Of a stretch of DNA of 64,000 nt, positions 45,201 through 54,273 are shown piece by piece (the first letter of the stretch is position 1; the number at the start of each line of letters is the position of its first letter). Source of the DNA: an uncultured bacterium (GTDB lineage Bacteria > Patescibacteriota > Minisyncoccia > Phycocordibacterales > GWA1-40-21); NCBI GenBank assembly GCA_903831305.1, contig CAIKXE010000002.1, positions 15,934 through 79,933 on the forward strand, in the 5' to 3' direction. Made by a program: the position numbers and the translations under genes. The notes beneath the pieces are model-generated. The model made no database searches, was not told where the DNA came from, and saw nothing but the letters and a program-made list of their open reading frames with translations.

Positions 45201-45873
45201 GGATTCTACTAGTAATGGTAACAATGGCACGAATAATGGTGTGACCGCTACTTCTTCAGGTCAAATAAACGGAGGATCATATTTCAATGGTGCGGGTTAT
45301 ATTAATATTCCTAGTAATTCTAACTTAAATGCTGGCAATAGCGGAACAACTTTGACTGTTTCTGCCTGGGTTAATCCAACAACTGCAGGCACTGATCAGA
45401 CAATTGCTTCAAAGTGGGATTATAATACTCAAGCTTCATGGGGTTTTCAAACAGGGGCAGGAGGTGAAGGTGGTGCAAGTAATTTACAAACATATATTCC
45501 CTCAACTGTTACTGATATAGGAGATAAAAAAGTATGGACGACAGATAATGGGCTATCATCAGGGTCGTGGCAGTATGTTCTTTTTGTTTATGATGGAAGT
45601 CAAACAGGAAATACAAATAGAGTTAAAATATATATTAATGGTAATTTAAAATCTGAAGCATCAGGTGGTACAGTACCATCCTCAGCCTCCGGAGGTTCTG
45701 CTTCAGTTAAAATTGGTAAATTTGGTGGAAACCTCACAAGATATTTTTCCGGTTCAATAGATGAAGTTCATATATCTTCCGTTGCCCGTTCTGCTGATTG
45801 GATAAAGACGGAATATAATAATCAAAGCGCACCGAATACTTTCTACACCATCGGCTCTGAGGTGACGTATTAG
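42247..45873 (+). CDS. Giant (1208 aa) prepilin-leader protein with 2 FN3 domains, 2 LamG-like lectin domains and a C-terminal DUF2341-like + LamG module (pilus-tip adhesin candidate)
   Basis: N-terminus MKRGFSMFELLLVVAIAAVIFTIV. Two about 90-aa FN3-like repeats (PGAPTIGTATAGNA.SSVTFTAP...YTVTSSPGGLTGTGSASPIIVTGLSNGTAYTFTVTATNS). Two LamG-like segments end in LDQVHIYNRALSGSE and LDQIRYYNRALSASE. The C-terminal module (WAYRTRITIDRTKV...DIYMYYGNASV...VARSADWIKTEYNNQSAP) recurs in the 47550 gene. A TGTTATAAT lies 6 nt upstream of the ATG. Confidence 0.8.
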   Translation: MKRGFSMFELLLVVAIAAVIFTIVAPVGISLYRAQLVEEVRSNIIDALQKARHNSILQKGDTAYGVRVVAGSYTIFQGVTYDTRNIDGDEVFPVASNVSFSGWQDIIFAKLTGLPNATGTLAINYNDMNRGIAVDISGGISKVDVVGGVEVVTATYSVTFDANGGIGSMSAQTFDSGSTANLSINTYTRSSYVFVGWATSVGGAVSYADGASYTMGSANATLYAKWITVPGAPTIGTATAGNATSSVTFTAPASDGGATITGYTVTSSPGGLTGTGSASPIIVTGLSNGTAYTFTVTATNSVGTGTSSVASNSIIPSAISAGGLVSYWPFDGNANDIIGSNHGTVYGGASLASGLKGVTDTAYSFDGVDDYINVNSSFGNPNTVTISVWFKTSSNGIIFNQHDTVSPPTSANSHVPALWVIPDGRLRAELWSGSIGAIYSSNSVADNNWHLATLVGNTNIQYLYLDGVLVNSRSGNLSQSWWARTTFGVGYAANREGSASVWKYFPGSLDQVHIYNRALSGSEILVIYNEEKPTIVVPGAPTIGTATAGNASSSVTFTAPVFNGYENITSYTVTSSPGGLTGTGSASPIIVTGLSNGTAYTFTVTATNSAGTSLSSGASNTVMPTVVSGGLASFWPFDGNANDLASTSNGTVYGATATTGTRGIASTAYNFNANTDYIGGFGDNFDMGTNNQTISAWYKGGTLSQIGMIVGKSRYAGGAGRWAVYLTTAGKVGMFMNCGGADIDGIGTNSRVITDNVWHHIVGVWDRAGNFTTYVDGVADGVVSISSCNGYNMDNPYYFLIGTYGDETGTGGIKTILTLKGSLDQIRYYNRALSASEILEIFNTESPWYNSAWAYRTRITIDRTKVASSTGTLLANFPVLISTTSAMFKDTSNSGHVGQADGGDIVFTSADGITKLDHEIESYTPASGNLITWVEVPSVATTTNTDIYMYYGNASVANQWNASGTWDSNYKGVWHLSDAGNSTSTDSTSNGNNGTNNGVTATSSGQINGGSYFNGAGYINIPSNSNLNAGNSGTTLTVSAWVNPTTAGTDQTIASKWDYNTQASWGFQTGAGGEGGASNLQTYIPSTVTDIGDKKVWTTDNGLSSGSWQYVLFVYDGSQTGNTNRVKIYINGNLKSEASGGTVPSSASGGSASVKIGKFGGNLTRYFSGSIDEVHISSVARSADWIKTEYNNQSAPNTFYTIGSEVTY

Positions 45874-45909
45874 TTTTTAGTTTGAGTTTTTTAATGATAT
45901 AATTTAATC

Positions 45910-47016
45910 ATGACTATTACTCAGATCAAGCATAGCCAAGGATTTTCTCTTTTAGAGCTGGTTTTGGCGATCGCCATTTTTGCCTTTGGTTCTTTTGCCA
46001 TGGGGGCCATGCTCATTGATTCTAACGTGAGCACTAATGTAAGTATTGAACGTACCGCCGCCCTGCTTTATGCCAAGGAGGGGATAGAGGCAGTGCGGTC
46101 TATCCGGGATAATGACTGGAATACTATCTCTGCTCTTACCGATGGTAATCACGGTCTGAGTATTAATACCGCTAGCAGTACTTGGTCTCTAAGTGGCATT
46201 GCTGATTCATTGGACAGTAAGTTTACCCGGACGGTAAATATCTCAGCTAGTTCTACTGCTTCCTTTTTAAAAAATGTGGCAGTGACGGTGGACTGGCCTC
46301 TGCAATCTGGCAAGCTGGCTACCACCACCTTAAATACCTTGGTGACAAACTGGATTAATGTGCGTAACTTACCGAGCCAAATCCCTACGGATGGTTTAGT
46401 GGCTTATTGGTCCTTTGATGACGCTATGGCCGGTACGGCCGTGGACAGTGTGGGGACAAGTACCGGTACTGTCTATGGTGCTACTTCTACTCCGGGGGTC
46501 AGGAGTTACGGGTATAGTTTTGATGGAGGGAGTGGCTATGTTGATACTAAACAAATTAACTTTAATTACTTAGCAGTGTCTATGTGGTTTTATATGAAAA
46601 CTAATAATGGGACTGGTCAGTATGTATTGGCAAGTTCCGACGATGGGTCAAGTAGAAATTGGGCATTGTATTTTAACCCATCAGGTGCGCCGAACATTAT
46701 TCGTTTCTTTGTTTTTGTGAATAGTGTTGCTCAAATGTATGATGTTCCTTTTATTCCTTCGTTAAACACTTGGTATCATGTAGTAGCCACTGCTGATGGC
46801 TCATATTTAAAAATATATGTAGATGGTGATGTTCAATCACCGCCATTTGCTTATTCTGGGCTTATTGATAAAACAGGTGTTACTGTAAAGATAGGAAAGG
46901 GTTCTAATTCCTACTCACCGAATTATTTTGATGGCAAACTTGATCAAGTCCGTATTTATAACCGTGCGTTGACGCCTTATGAAGTAGAGGTGATTTATAG
47001 TGAGGAGAAGCCCTAA
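45910..47016 (+). CDS. Prepilin-leader protein with LamG-like lectin domain (368 aa)
   Basis: QGFSLLELVLAIAIFAFG; shares the region ...EGIEAVRSIRDN with the 25251 gene; C-terminal LDQVRIYNRALTPYEVEVIYSEEKP. Confidence 0.75.
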   Translation: MTITQIKHSQGFSLLELVLAIAIFAFGSFAMGAMLIDSNVSTNVSIERTAALLYAKEGIEAVRSIRDNDWNTISALTDGNHGLSINTASSTWSLSGIADSLDSKFTRTVNISASSTASFLKNVAVTVDWPLQSGKLATTTLNTLVTNWINVRNLPSQIPTDGLVAYWSFDDAMAGTAVDSVGTSTGTVYGATSTPGVRSYGYSFDGGSGYVDTKQINFNYLAVSMWFYMKTNNGTGQYVLASSDDGSSRNWALYFNPSGAPNIIRFFVFVNSVAQMYDVPFIPSLNTWYHVVATADGSYLKIYVDGDVQSPPFAYSGLIDKTGVTVKIGKGSNSYSPNYFDGKLDQVRIYNRALTPYEVEVIYSEEKP

Positions 47017-47041
47017 TAATTAGGTGGTATAGTATAATAAT

Positions 47042-47431
47042 ATGCAGAAAAATTTTAAAGAATGGCATAAGAATAAAAGTGATATACATGAAAATAAGCA
47101 AAGACCTTTTTTTCATGAACAAGAGGTCTGGTTTGCTTCACTTGGATCAAATATTGGTTTTGAACAGGATGGTGTTGGGGAAAGTTTTTTAAGGCCAGTG
47201 GTTATTATTAAGAAGTTTAATAACGAAATATTTTGGGGTATTCCGACCACTAAGAAAAATAAAAAAGGAGTGTACTATTTTAGATTTAATTGGGGTAAGG
47301 ACAATGGCAGTTCGGCAATTCTTTCTCAAATAAGGTTGGTTGATAGTAAACGGTTATTTTATAAAATAGGCCAGATTAGTGATAAAGATTTAAAAGAAAT
47401 CAAAAAGCGTATTATTTCTTTGTTAGAATAA
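47042..47431 (+). CDS. MazF/PemK-family toxin-like protein (mRNA interferase fold), solo
   Basis: EVWFASLGSNIGFEQDGVGESFLRPVVIIKK...GIPTTKK...SAILSQIRLVDSKRL follows the PemK/MazF consensus (W..L.P..G.EQ.G.RP.VV...P.TT.....QIR..D..RL). No antitoxin-sized ORF is adjacent. Confidence 0.65.
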   Translation: MQKNFKEWHKNKSDIHENKQRPFFHEQEVWFASLGSNIGFEQDGVGESFLRPVVIIKKFNNEIFWGIPTTKKNKKGVYYFRFNWGKDNGSSAILSQIRLVDSKRLFYKIGQISDKDLKEIKKRIISLLE

Positions 47432-47549
47432 TACGCTTTTTGTTTGGACCCCCTTGCGGGGGAGGGCCGAAGCCATTTAGAGTATAAGTATAACAAACAA
47501 ATGATTTGTGTCAAGTCTAAAATAAGGTTATAATATCAGTATAAAATAC

Positions 47550-48812
47550 ATGAAAAAAAGAGGGTTTACATTACTGGAGGCGGTTTTATATCTGGCGATC
47601 GCTGGGGTGGTCATCTACTTTATCAGCGGGTTTGCGTTCAACGCCATTTTTGGTAAAGCCAAGATTGAATCCATCCAAGAGGTGAGTGAGGGTAGCCGGT
47701 CCGTGCTGGACCAGATCAGTAGCGCCATCAGTAATTCTTCTGAGATCAATGGTTTGGAGGTGGACGTTCCGCCAGGGGAAACTGTTCCTTGGTATGATGT
47801 CTCTTGGATCTATCGAAAAAAGATTACTATTGATAAAACCAAGGTACCTAATACTGATCAGACTAATTTTCCGGTGTTGGTGTCACTCACTGGTCTCTCA
47901 AATATAAATGCAAACGGTACCGATATTAGATTCACTGATTCAACCGGTACTGGAGAACTAGCTAGAGAAATTGAATCATATTCCGCTGGCACATTGGTGG
48001 CTTGGGTCAAAGTGCCCGTACTTTCTACTTCTGCCAATACGGATATTTATATGTATTATGGCTCTTCGGGAGCCTCAGAGCCTTCGCCAAGATCGGCCTA
48101 CGGTTCACAAAAAGTTTGGGATGATGGTGGGAGTAATTATTTTAAAGGCGTGTGGCACTTAGCCGACCCGACAAATCCAGTTGATTCTACAGATGCGAAT
48201 AACGGGACAAACAGTGGATCGACAGCTACGGTTGGTCAGGTTGATGGCGGTGCATATTTTACTTCAGCAAATTATATCTCTCTTGGAGCATCAAATTTAT
48301 TTACTCCAACAACAGCATCAACTTTAAGTTTTTGGGTCAAAACATCCAACACGCACTACCAAAGATTATTTGTTTTTGAAAGGGCGTCTGGTTCATCAGC
48401 TATGGCTTTAAATATTGCAGTTAGTACTGGCGCCGGTGACGATAATAACGGGAAACCTTATGCTTTTTATCGCAATAGCTCAGATATATTGCTTTCAATG
48501 ATTGGTCCGTCGTCAATTGCTGATGGCAACTGGCATTACTTATCATATACTATTAATAATACAGTGGGCAGTTTATATGTCGACGGAATATCAGCTGCAA
48601 CTGCCAGTGATATTAGCGTTTCAAAAACTTTCAATTTTTCGAGCGATAATGCTCTTATTAACTATTTTACTAGCAATGGCCTTAATCCGGGATATCTCGA
48701 TGAGTCCAGATTTTCTAACACTGCCCGCTCGGCGGATTGGATAAAAACAGAATACAATAACCAAAGTTCACCAGCGACTTTTTACACCGTGGGGTCTGAG
48801 GAGACACCCTAG
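47550..48812 (+). CDS. Prepilin-leader protein with DUF2341-like + LamG-like module (420 aa)
   Basis: MKKRGFTLLEAVLYLAIAGVVIYF. Its WIYRKKITIDKTKVPNTDQTNFPVLVSL...DIYMYYGSS...ARSADWIKTEYNNQSSPATFYTVGSEETP parallels the C-terminus of the 1208-aa protein. Confidence 0.8.
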   Translation: MKKRGFTLLEAVLYLAIAGVVIYFISGFAFNAIFGKAKIESIQEVSEGSRSVLDQISSAISNSSEINGLEVDVPPGETVPWYDVSWIYRKKITIDKTKVPNTDQTNFPVLVSLTGLSNINANGTDIRFTDSTGTGELAREIESYSAGTLVAWVKVPVLSTSANTDIYMYYGSSGASEPSPRSAYGSQKVWDDGGSNYFKGVWHLADPTNPVDSTDANNGTNSGSTATVGQVDGGAYFTSANYISLGASNLFTPTTASTLSFWVKTSNTHYQRLFVFERASGSSAMALNIAVSTGAGDDNNGKPYAFYRNSSDILLSMIGPSSIADGNWHYLSYTINNTVGSLYVDGISAATASDISVSKTFNFSSDNALINYFTSNGLNPGYLDESRFSNTARSADWIKTEYNNQSSPATFYTVGSEETP

Positions 48813-48814
48813 TC

Positions 48815-48940
48815 AACCTCTCCCGCCAGCCGACTGGTGACCTCCCCTCATCTGATGGGGGGGGTGCGGAGAGTAACGTCTTCTCCCTCACATTAGTTAA
48901 GGGGAGGGTGTCGTTCTGACGACCGGAGAGGTTGTGTTTG
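48815..48940. repeat. Copy D (diverged) of the GC-rich multi-hairpin intergenic element
   Basis: Outer 10-bp stem CAACCTCTCC...GGAGAGGTTG encloses the hairpins CCCCTCATCTGATGGGGGG and CCCTC...GAGGG. Starts 3 nt after the upstream stop; a TATAAT lies 8 nt before the next gene's GTG. Confidence 0.55.
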
Positions 48941-48979
48941 TGTGTTGGTTTTGAGAGCGGATGTGGTATAATTTAAAAT

Positions 48980-49414
48980 GTGGAGAAGTATTTTAATCAG
49001 CGGAAAAATAAGCAAAGGGGTTTTTTGGTCTTGACCCTAGTGCTTCTGGTCTGTGCCACGGTTCTCGCTATCGCTTCTGGTATCTTTCTCCGTTCCATCG
49101 GCAAAGTAAGTGAGACCGGTGATTCAGAAAACTCTTTTAAATCCTGGAGTGCGGTGAATGCTTGCGGGGAATATGCCCTGGGGCGTATGGCCTCTATTGC
49201 TAGTGGTCAGCCAGGCTGGGCCTATCAAGGAAATGAGCTTTTGACCATCGGGGGTGAGACATGCTATATTTATGGCATAATTACCCAGGGAGAAAGCAAA
49301 ATCATTCAGGCTTCAAGTACGGTTTCCAATTTTACTAAAAAGATTGTTATTGAAGTGGCCACTAATACTCCCAAGGTCGTGATTAGTTCCTGGCGGGAAG
49401 TGGCGGATTTTTAG
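48980..49414 (+). CDS. PilX-like pilus protein with N-terminal TM (144 aa), GTG start
   Basis: RGFLVLTLVLLVCATVLAIASGIFL. The start follows the ORF track (GTG at 48980), 8 nt after TATAAT. Confidence 0.5.
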   Translation: MEKYFNQRKNKQRGFLVLTLVLLVCATVLAIASGIFLRSIGKVSETGDSENSFKSWSAVNACGEYALGRMASIASGQPGWAYQGNELLTIGGETCYIYGIITQGESKIIQASSTVSNFTKKIVIEVATNTPKVVISSWREVADF

Positions 49415-49426
49415 TTTAAATAGTTT

Positions 49427-50812
49427 ATGGATTATAAAGAAAAATTAAGAGAAATTCTGAGTGTAAAGTTTGATAATGCCTTTGGTTTAGACATTGGTGA
49501 TGGCTCCGTGGAGATTATTCAGTTGCAAAAGTTTTTTCGCTACTCTATTACCACTTATGGTCGGGAAGAATTGTCAGCGGGAGTTGTAGAAAACGGCCGA
49601 ATCCTTGATCCTAATGCTCTGGCGGAGAGCCTTAAAAAGTTGCTTCGCAACGCCAAGCCCAAGAGAGTGTCCACTAACAAGGTGATTGTTTCCTTGCCAG
49701 AGTCTCAGGTCTTTACAAATTCTTTTGAAGTTGATTCCAAGCTTAAGGCCGGAGCTTTATCAAATGTTATTTTAGAAAAAGTTGGCCTTTCAATGCTTGT
49801 TAATGTGGATAAAACATATTGGGATTATATGGTCAGTCCTTTGCCGGACAAGACAAAAAAACTGGTGACTTTTTTCTGTGTTCCAAAGGAGATCGCAAAT
49901 AGTTATGTCAAATTTTGTAATTCTATCGGGCTTGAGGTGGTGTCCCTCTGTCTGGAGCCACTAAGTTTGGCTAGAGTCATTTTAAAAAGTGCTTCTAGAC
50001 AAAGCCTGATAATTGATATCGGTTCTGGTGCTACCAACCTTAATTTTTTTGATAGTAATGATAAGTTAAATGTCTCTATTACTTTGCCGGTTGCGGGAGA
50101 GCAAATGACCAAGGCTATAATGGATAGGTTAAAAATAGAGAGGGACGAGGCAGAGACATTAAAGGTCAAATTTGGTTTTCAAGATGTACCAGAAAACACC
50201 ATTCGCCCTATTATCCAGCCCGTTTTTGAGGATATCATGTCTGAGATAAAAAGCGCTATTACTTACTATGAGGAATCATTTAAACAAAAGCTAGATGATA
50301 TTTACCTTATTGGTGGCTCGGCTCTTTTGCCGGGGTTATTAGAGGCAATGCGCGTGGGTTTGGCAAGGACAGTTGTTTTTGGTGCTTGTACCCATAATAT
50401 TGATTTTACAGTTATGACTGGTAAAAATAATCAGTTTGTTTTATTTGCCAATGTTTTAGGTTTGGGGATACTTGGCTCAAGCACTGGGTATCGGGACATT
50501 AACTTTTTAAAGAAGATGCCACGAGTAGAGTCAAATTCAGTAAATAAGCTTAATCTGCTAAAATTAGGATATCTGAGTAAAGTGAATACCTTGCGTACCA
50601 TTATGAATAATAAGTTGATTTTGATATTGATGATCGCCGTAATTGCCACCATTTTTTACTTTATGCTTTTACAGATAGAAAGTTATGAAAAGAAATTGGT
50701 AGAAGAAAATACCTTGAGTGAGGTGTTACTACCTTCACCGGTAAGCCGTGGTGGAGTTTTGTCTACTAGTACTGAGGCAAACATTATTAGCACCTCAACC
50801 ATAATCAAATGA
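49427..50812 (+). CDS. PilM-like actin-fold ATPase fused to a C-terminal PilN-like TM segment (461 aa)
   Basis: GLDIGDGSVEIIQLQK... PilM-type N-terminus; TM segment near residue 395 (LILILMIAVIATIFYFMLL). Confidence 0.7.
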   Translation: MDYKEKLREILSVKFDNAFGLDIGDGSVEIIQLQKFFRYSITTYGREELSAGVVENGRILDPNALAESLKKLLRNAKPKRVSTNKVIVSLPESQVFTNSFEVDSKLKAGALSNVILEKVGLSMLVNVDKTYWDYMVSPLPDKTKKLVTFFCVPKEIANSYVKFCNSIGLEVVSLCLEPLSLARVILKSASRQSLIIDIGSGATNLNFFDSNDKLNVSITLPVAGEQMTKAIMDRLKIERDEAETLKVKFGFQDVPENTIRPIIQPVFEDIMSEIKSAITYYEESFKQKLDDIYLIGGSALLPGLLEAMRVGLARTVVFGACTHNIDFTVMTGKNNQFVLFANVLGLGILGSSTGYRDINFLKKMPRVESNSVNKLNLLKLGYLSKVNTLRTIMNNKLILILMIAVIATIFYFMLLQIESYEKKLVEENTLSEVLLPSPVSRGGVLSTSTEANIISTSTIIK

Positions 50813-51978
50813 CTAATACCCTAAAAAACAACGGTTTGTTTTCGGTTTATCTTCTGGGTTTCCTTTTTGCTTTTCATACGGCTCTTCCGACCTATATTAA
50901 CTCCAGTTTTTTGAACACTTTTATTTCTGAGAAAATGATCGGAATTATTTATATTATTGCTTCTATTTTTACCATCTGCTGTTTTTTATTTATGCCTCTG
51001 GTTCTAAAAAAGTTTGGTAATTATCACACGGCCCTGTTTTTAATTTTTGTAGAAATTTTGGTTTTACTGGGCTTGTCATTCTTTGATTCCTTTTCATGGC
51101 TAATCCCTCTTTTTATTGCAAATTTAGTGGCCATTCCGCTTATTTATTTTTCTACGGATATATTTTTAGAGGGTTATTCTAGTAACCGCGCCACTGGTAG
51201 AATCCGGGGTATATATCTCACCTCAGTGAATCTAGCGTGGGCCATATCACCACTTGTGAGTGGTTTGATTTTGGTTGAGGGTGACTATTCAAGGATATAT
51301 TTTGCTTCTTTTATTTTTATGTTGCCGGTGCTACTTATTTTGGTGTCTCGGCTCAAGCGGTTTAAGGACTCGCCGTATGAGGCTACCCATGTTTGGCAGA
51401 CGATCAAAGTTATTTCTCGGAGTAGAGATTTGCGGAATATTTTTATGGCTAATTGGTTTTTGTTTTTCTTTTATTCCTTGATGACTATTTATACTCCGCT
51501 TTATTTGTCAAAAAATATTGGTTTCTCATGGGGGGAGATCGGTATTACTTTTAGTATTATGCTTTTGCCATTTGTTCTATTCCAATTTATTCTGGGTCGC
51601 TTGGCTGACAAAAAATGGGGGGAGAAGGAGATGCTTTCTTTAGGCTTTATTATTATTGCTATTTCCACCAGTTTGATTTCTTTTATTACAGACAAAAATA
51701 TAGTACTGTGGGCCACCATATTGTTTGTTACGCGTATTGGTGCCAGTATTATAGAGGTGATGTGTGACACTTATTTTTTCAAAAAGGTAGATAGCTTGAA
51801 TGCCAATATAATTAGTTTCTTTAGGATGTCTAACCCCATTGCTTACATCGTGGCTCCACTTTTTGCGGTTATCATGCTTAATTTCTTTTCTCTGGAACTC
51901 CAGTATCTTTTCTTGGCCCTGGGCCTGATTATGTTTATTGGTCTTAAATTTAGCTTATCATTAGAAGATACCAAATAA
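50809..51978 (+). CDS. MFS-family transporter
   Basis: 12 predicted TM helices; GRLADKKWG-type motif between TM8 and TM9. Confidence 0.65.
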   Translation: MTNTLKNNGLFSVYLLGFLFAFHTALPTYINSSFLNTFISEKMIGIIYIIASIFTICCFLFMPLVLKKFGNYHTALFLIFVEILVLLGLSFFDSFSWLIPLFIANLVAIPLIYFSTDIFLEGYSSNRATGRIRGIYLTSVNLAWAISPLVSGLILVEGDYSRIYFASFIFMLPVLLILVSRLKRFKDSPYEATHVWQTIKVISRSRDLRNIFMANWFLFFFYSLMTIYTPLYLSKNIGFSWGEIGITFSIMLLPFVLFQFILGRLADKKWGEKEMLSLGFIIIAISTSLISFITDKNIVLWATILFVTRIGASIIEVMCDTYFFKKVDSLNANIISFFRMSNPIAYIVAPLFAVIMLNFFSLELQYLFLALGLIMFIGLKFSLSLEDTK

Positions 51979-52034
51979 GCTCTTAGCTATCTTTAGGTGT
52001 TGCTTTTATCGTATTTATATGTATAATTGTCCAC

Positions 52035-52718
52035 ATGTTTAAATTACACGTTGAAAAGAGGGATTTAAAAGAGGCTTTGGTGCCATTGCGTGAATCTGGT
52101 AAGGTACCAGCCGTTTTTTACGGCCCTAAGGAACCGTCAACCGCTATTAAAATGACTTTGTCAGATTTTAAAAAAGCTTGGAAAAGCGCCGGTGAATCCA
52201 CTGTGGTATCACTCGAGGGTAACGGTATTCTAGCTGAGGTTTTGATCCATGATGTGGACCTTGATCCTGTGACTGATGTCCCTATCCATGTAGATTTTTA
52301 TGCCATTGAAAAAGGTAAAAAACTGACTGTGGATGTGCCTCTAGAATTCATCGGTGTCTCACCAGCCGTTAAAGAGCTTGGAGCCGTGCTCGTCAAGGTA
52401 CTTCATGATGTGGAGATTGAGGCCTTACCAAAGGATTTACCGCACAAATTAGAAGTGGATATTGCTAGCCTGGTTACCTTTGATAGTGTGTTGACCGCCA
52501 AGGATATCAAATTACCAGAGGGTGTTGCTCTTAAAATAAAATTGGATGAAGTTATTGCCTCAGTGTATGAGCCAAAGGAAGAGGTGGTGGAAGCCGCTCT
52601 AGTGGATCTTTCTGCTATTGAGGTAGAGAAGAAGGGTAAGGAGGCTAAGGAAGGAGAGGCTGGTGCTGAAGTAGCTGATGCCCCAGAGAAGAAGGATGAA
52701 AAGAAAGACAAGAAATAA
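52035..52718 (+). CDS. rplY: 50S ribosomal protein L25 / general stress protein Ctc
   Basis: GKVPAVFYGPKEP...VHVDFYAI L25 fold with an acidic Lys-rich tail. Confidence 0.85.
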   Translation: MFKLHVEKRDLKEALVPLRESGKVPAVFYGPKEPSTAIKMTLSDFKKAWKSAGESTVVSLEGNGILAEVLIHDVDLDPVTDVPIHVDFYAIEKGKKLTVDVPLEFIGVSPAVKELGAVLVKVLHDVEIEALPKDLPHKLEVDIASLVTFDSVLTAKDIKLPEGVALKIKLDEVIASVYEPKEEVVEAALVDLSAIEVEKKGKEAKEGEAGAEVADAPEKKDEKKDKK

Positions 52719-52759
52719 TTCAGACCGGGCTAAAACCTAAAATTTATGCTAAAATAACA

Positions 52760-54181
52760 GTGATGAACAAATTTGTCACTGTTATTTTAATTTTGTTAAT
52801 TTTATTTTTAGGCTTTTTTGGTTTAAAAAATGTTTCTTGGGCGGAGACACAATCATGCCCAGCGGGTATGGCTATTTCTGAGTGCTCAAGATTAATGGCT
52901 GAATATGATGCCTTGCAAAAGGAAATTGCCGAATGGCAAAAGGTATTAGATGAGACAAAAGCTAAAAAAAGCACTTTGCAGGGAGATGTGACTATTTTAA
53001 ACGCTCAGATAGCTAAAGCCGAGAAGGAGATAAAACAGCGCACCATCACGGTCACTACTTTGACGTCAGAAATAAATCAAAAAGTGAAGAATATCAGCTC
53101 CTTGGAAACGCGGATTGAGAATGACCGGAATCTTTTGGCTAATCTATTAAAAAAGAAGGATCAAAATGAAGTGGAGCCTATTTTTTATCTTTTACTTTCA
53201 TCTCAAGATTTGGCTAATATGATTGTGGATGTGGACAATGTGCAAATGGTTAATAAGGGTCTACAGGATTTGTTTGCGGAGTTGCGTGATGTGAAAGCTT
53301 TAACTCAAAAGGAAAAGGAAGCTTTAGCTGTTAAAAAAGATCAAGAGCTTGATGCTCAATATGAAGTAGAGCAAAAAAAGAAGCAAATTAGCCAAAACCA
53401 AATACAGAAAAAAGAGCTTTTGACTATCACGACGAAAGTTGAGTCTAATTATCAAGCCGTACTATCAGAGCGGCAGCGTCAGGCAGAGGTGATCAGAAGT
53501 GCTTTGTTTGATTTACGTGATACGACCGGTATTTCCTTTGCTAAAGCTTTGGAGTATGCCACTTATGCTGGTGAAAAAACGGGGGTTCGACCAGCCATTA
53601 TTTTAGCAATTTTGTCACAGGAATCAGACCTGGGGAAAAACATTGGTTCCTGCTACGTGTCTGACTTAATCACCGGGAATGGTGTGGGTAAGAACACCGG
53701 GACAAAGTTTGAACGAGTGATGTATGCTCCACTACCTGGATCTACCAGTAATCGTCCAAGTGACACGGCTTATTTTGAGCAAATTACTAAGGAGCTCGGA
53801 TTGACTTGGGCCACAACCCCTGTTTCTTGTCCGCCGGGGGCTACTTATTATGTAGGTAGAGGCTTTGGTGGTGGTATGGGTCCGACTCAGTTTATTCCTT
53901 CGACTTGGGCTGGTTTTGTATCACGCCTGAAGAACACTTTAGGGGTTTCGACTCCTAACCCATGGGATCCCAAGCACGCTATCATGGCAACCGCTATATA
54001 TATCTCTGATTTGGGTGCCGGAACACAGACCTACACGGCTGAACGAAATGCCGCCTGTAAATATTATTCCGGCTCGGTTTGTACGCCTGGGCGCAAACCC
54101 GCTAACACTTTTTATGGTGATCAGGTGATTGCTAAGGCGGAGAAATTTCAAGCCGATATTGATTTCTTAAAAAATATTTAA
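52760..54181 (+). CDS. Coiled-coil protein with a C-terminal lytic transglycosylase (SLT-like) domain
   Basis: N-terminal TM and a long coiled coil; C-terminus has AIILAILSQESDLG (E-S catalytic motif) and YYSG. Confidence 0.6.
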   Translation: MMNKFVTVILILLILFLGFFGLKNVSWAETQSCPAGMAISECSRLMAEYDALQKEIAEWQKVLDETKAKKSTLQGDVTILNAQIAKAEKEIKQRTITVTTLTSEINQKVKNISSLETRIENDRNLLANLLKKKDQNEVEPIFYLLLSSQDLANMIVDVDNVQMVNKGLQDLFAELRDVKALTQKEKEALAVKKDQELDAQYEVEQKKKQISQNQIQKKELLTITTKVESNYQAVLSERQRQAEVIRSALFDLRDTTGISFAKALEYATYAGEKTGVRPAIILAILSQESDLGKNIGSCYVSDLITGNGVGKNTGTKFERVMYAPLPGSTSNRPSDTAYFEQITKELGLTWATTPVSCPPGATYYVGRGFGGGMGPTQFIPSTWAGFVSRLKNTLGVSTPNPWDPKHAIMATAIYISDLGAGTQTYTAERNAACKYYSGSVCTPGRKPANTFYGDQVIAKAEKFQADIDFLKNI

Positions 54182-54273
54182 AAGCTATTTTGACTATTGG
54201 GCCTTTTTAGTATAATCTTAAATCAGAATAGAGTTCTTATTATATTGGTTAAACAAAAGACAGGGGAGACGAG

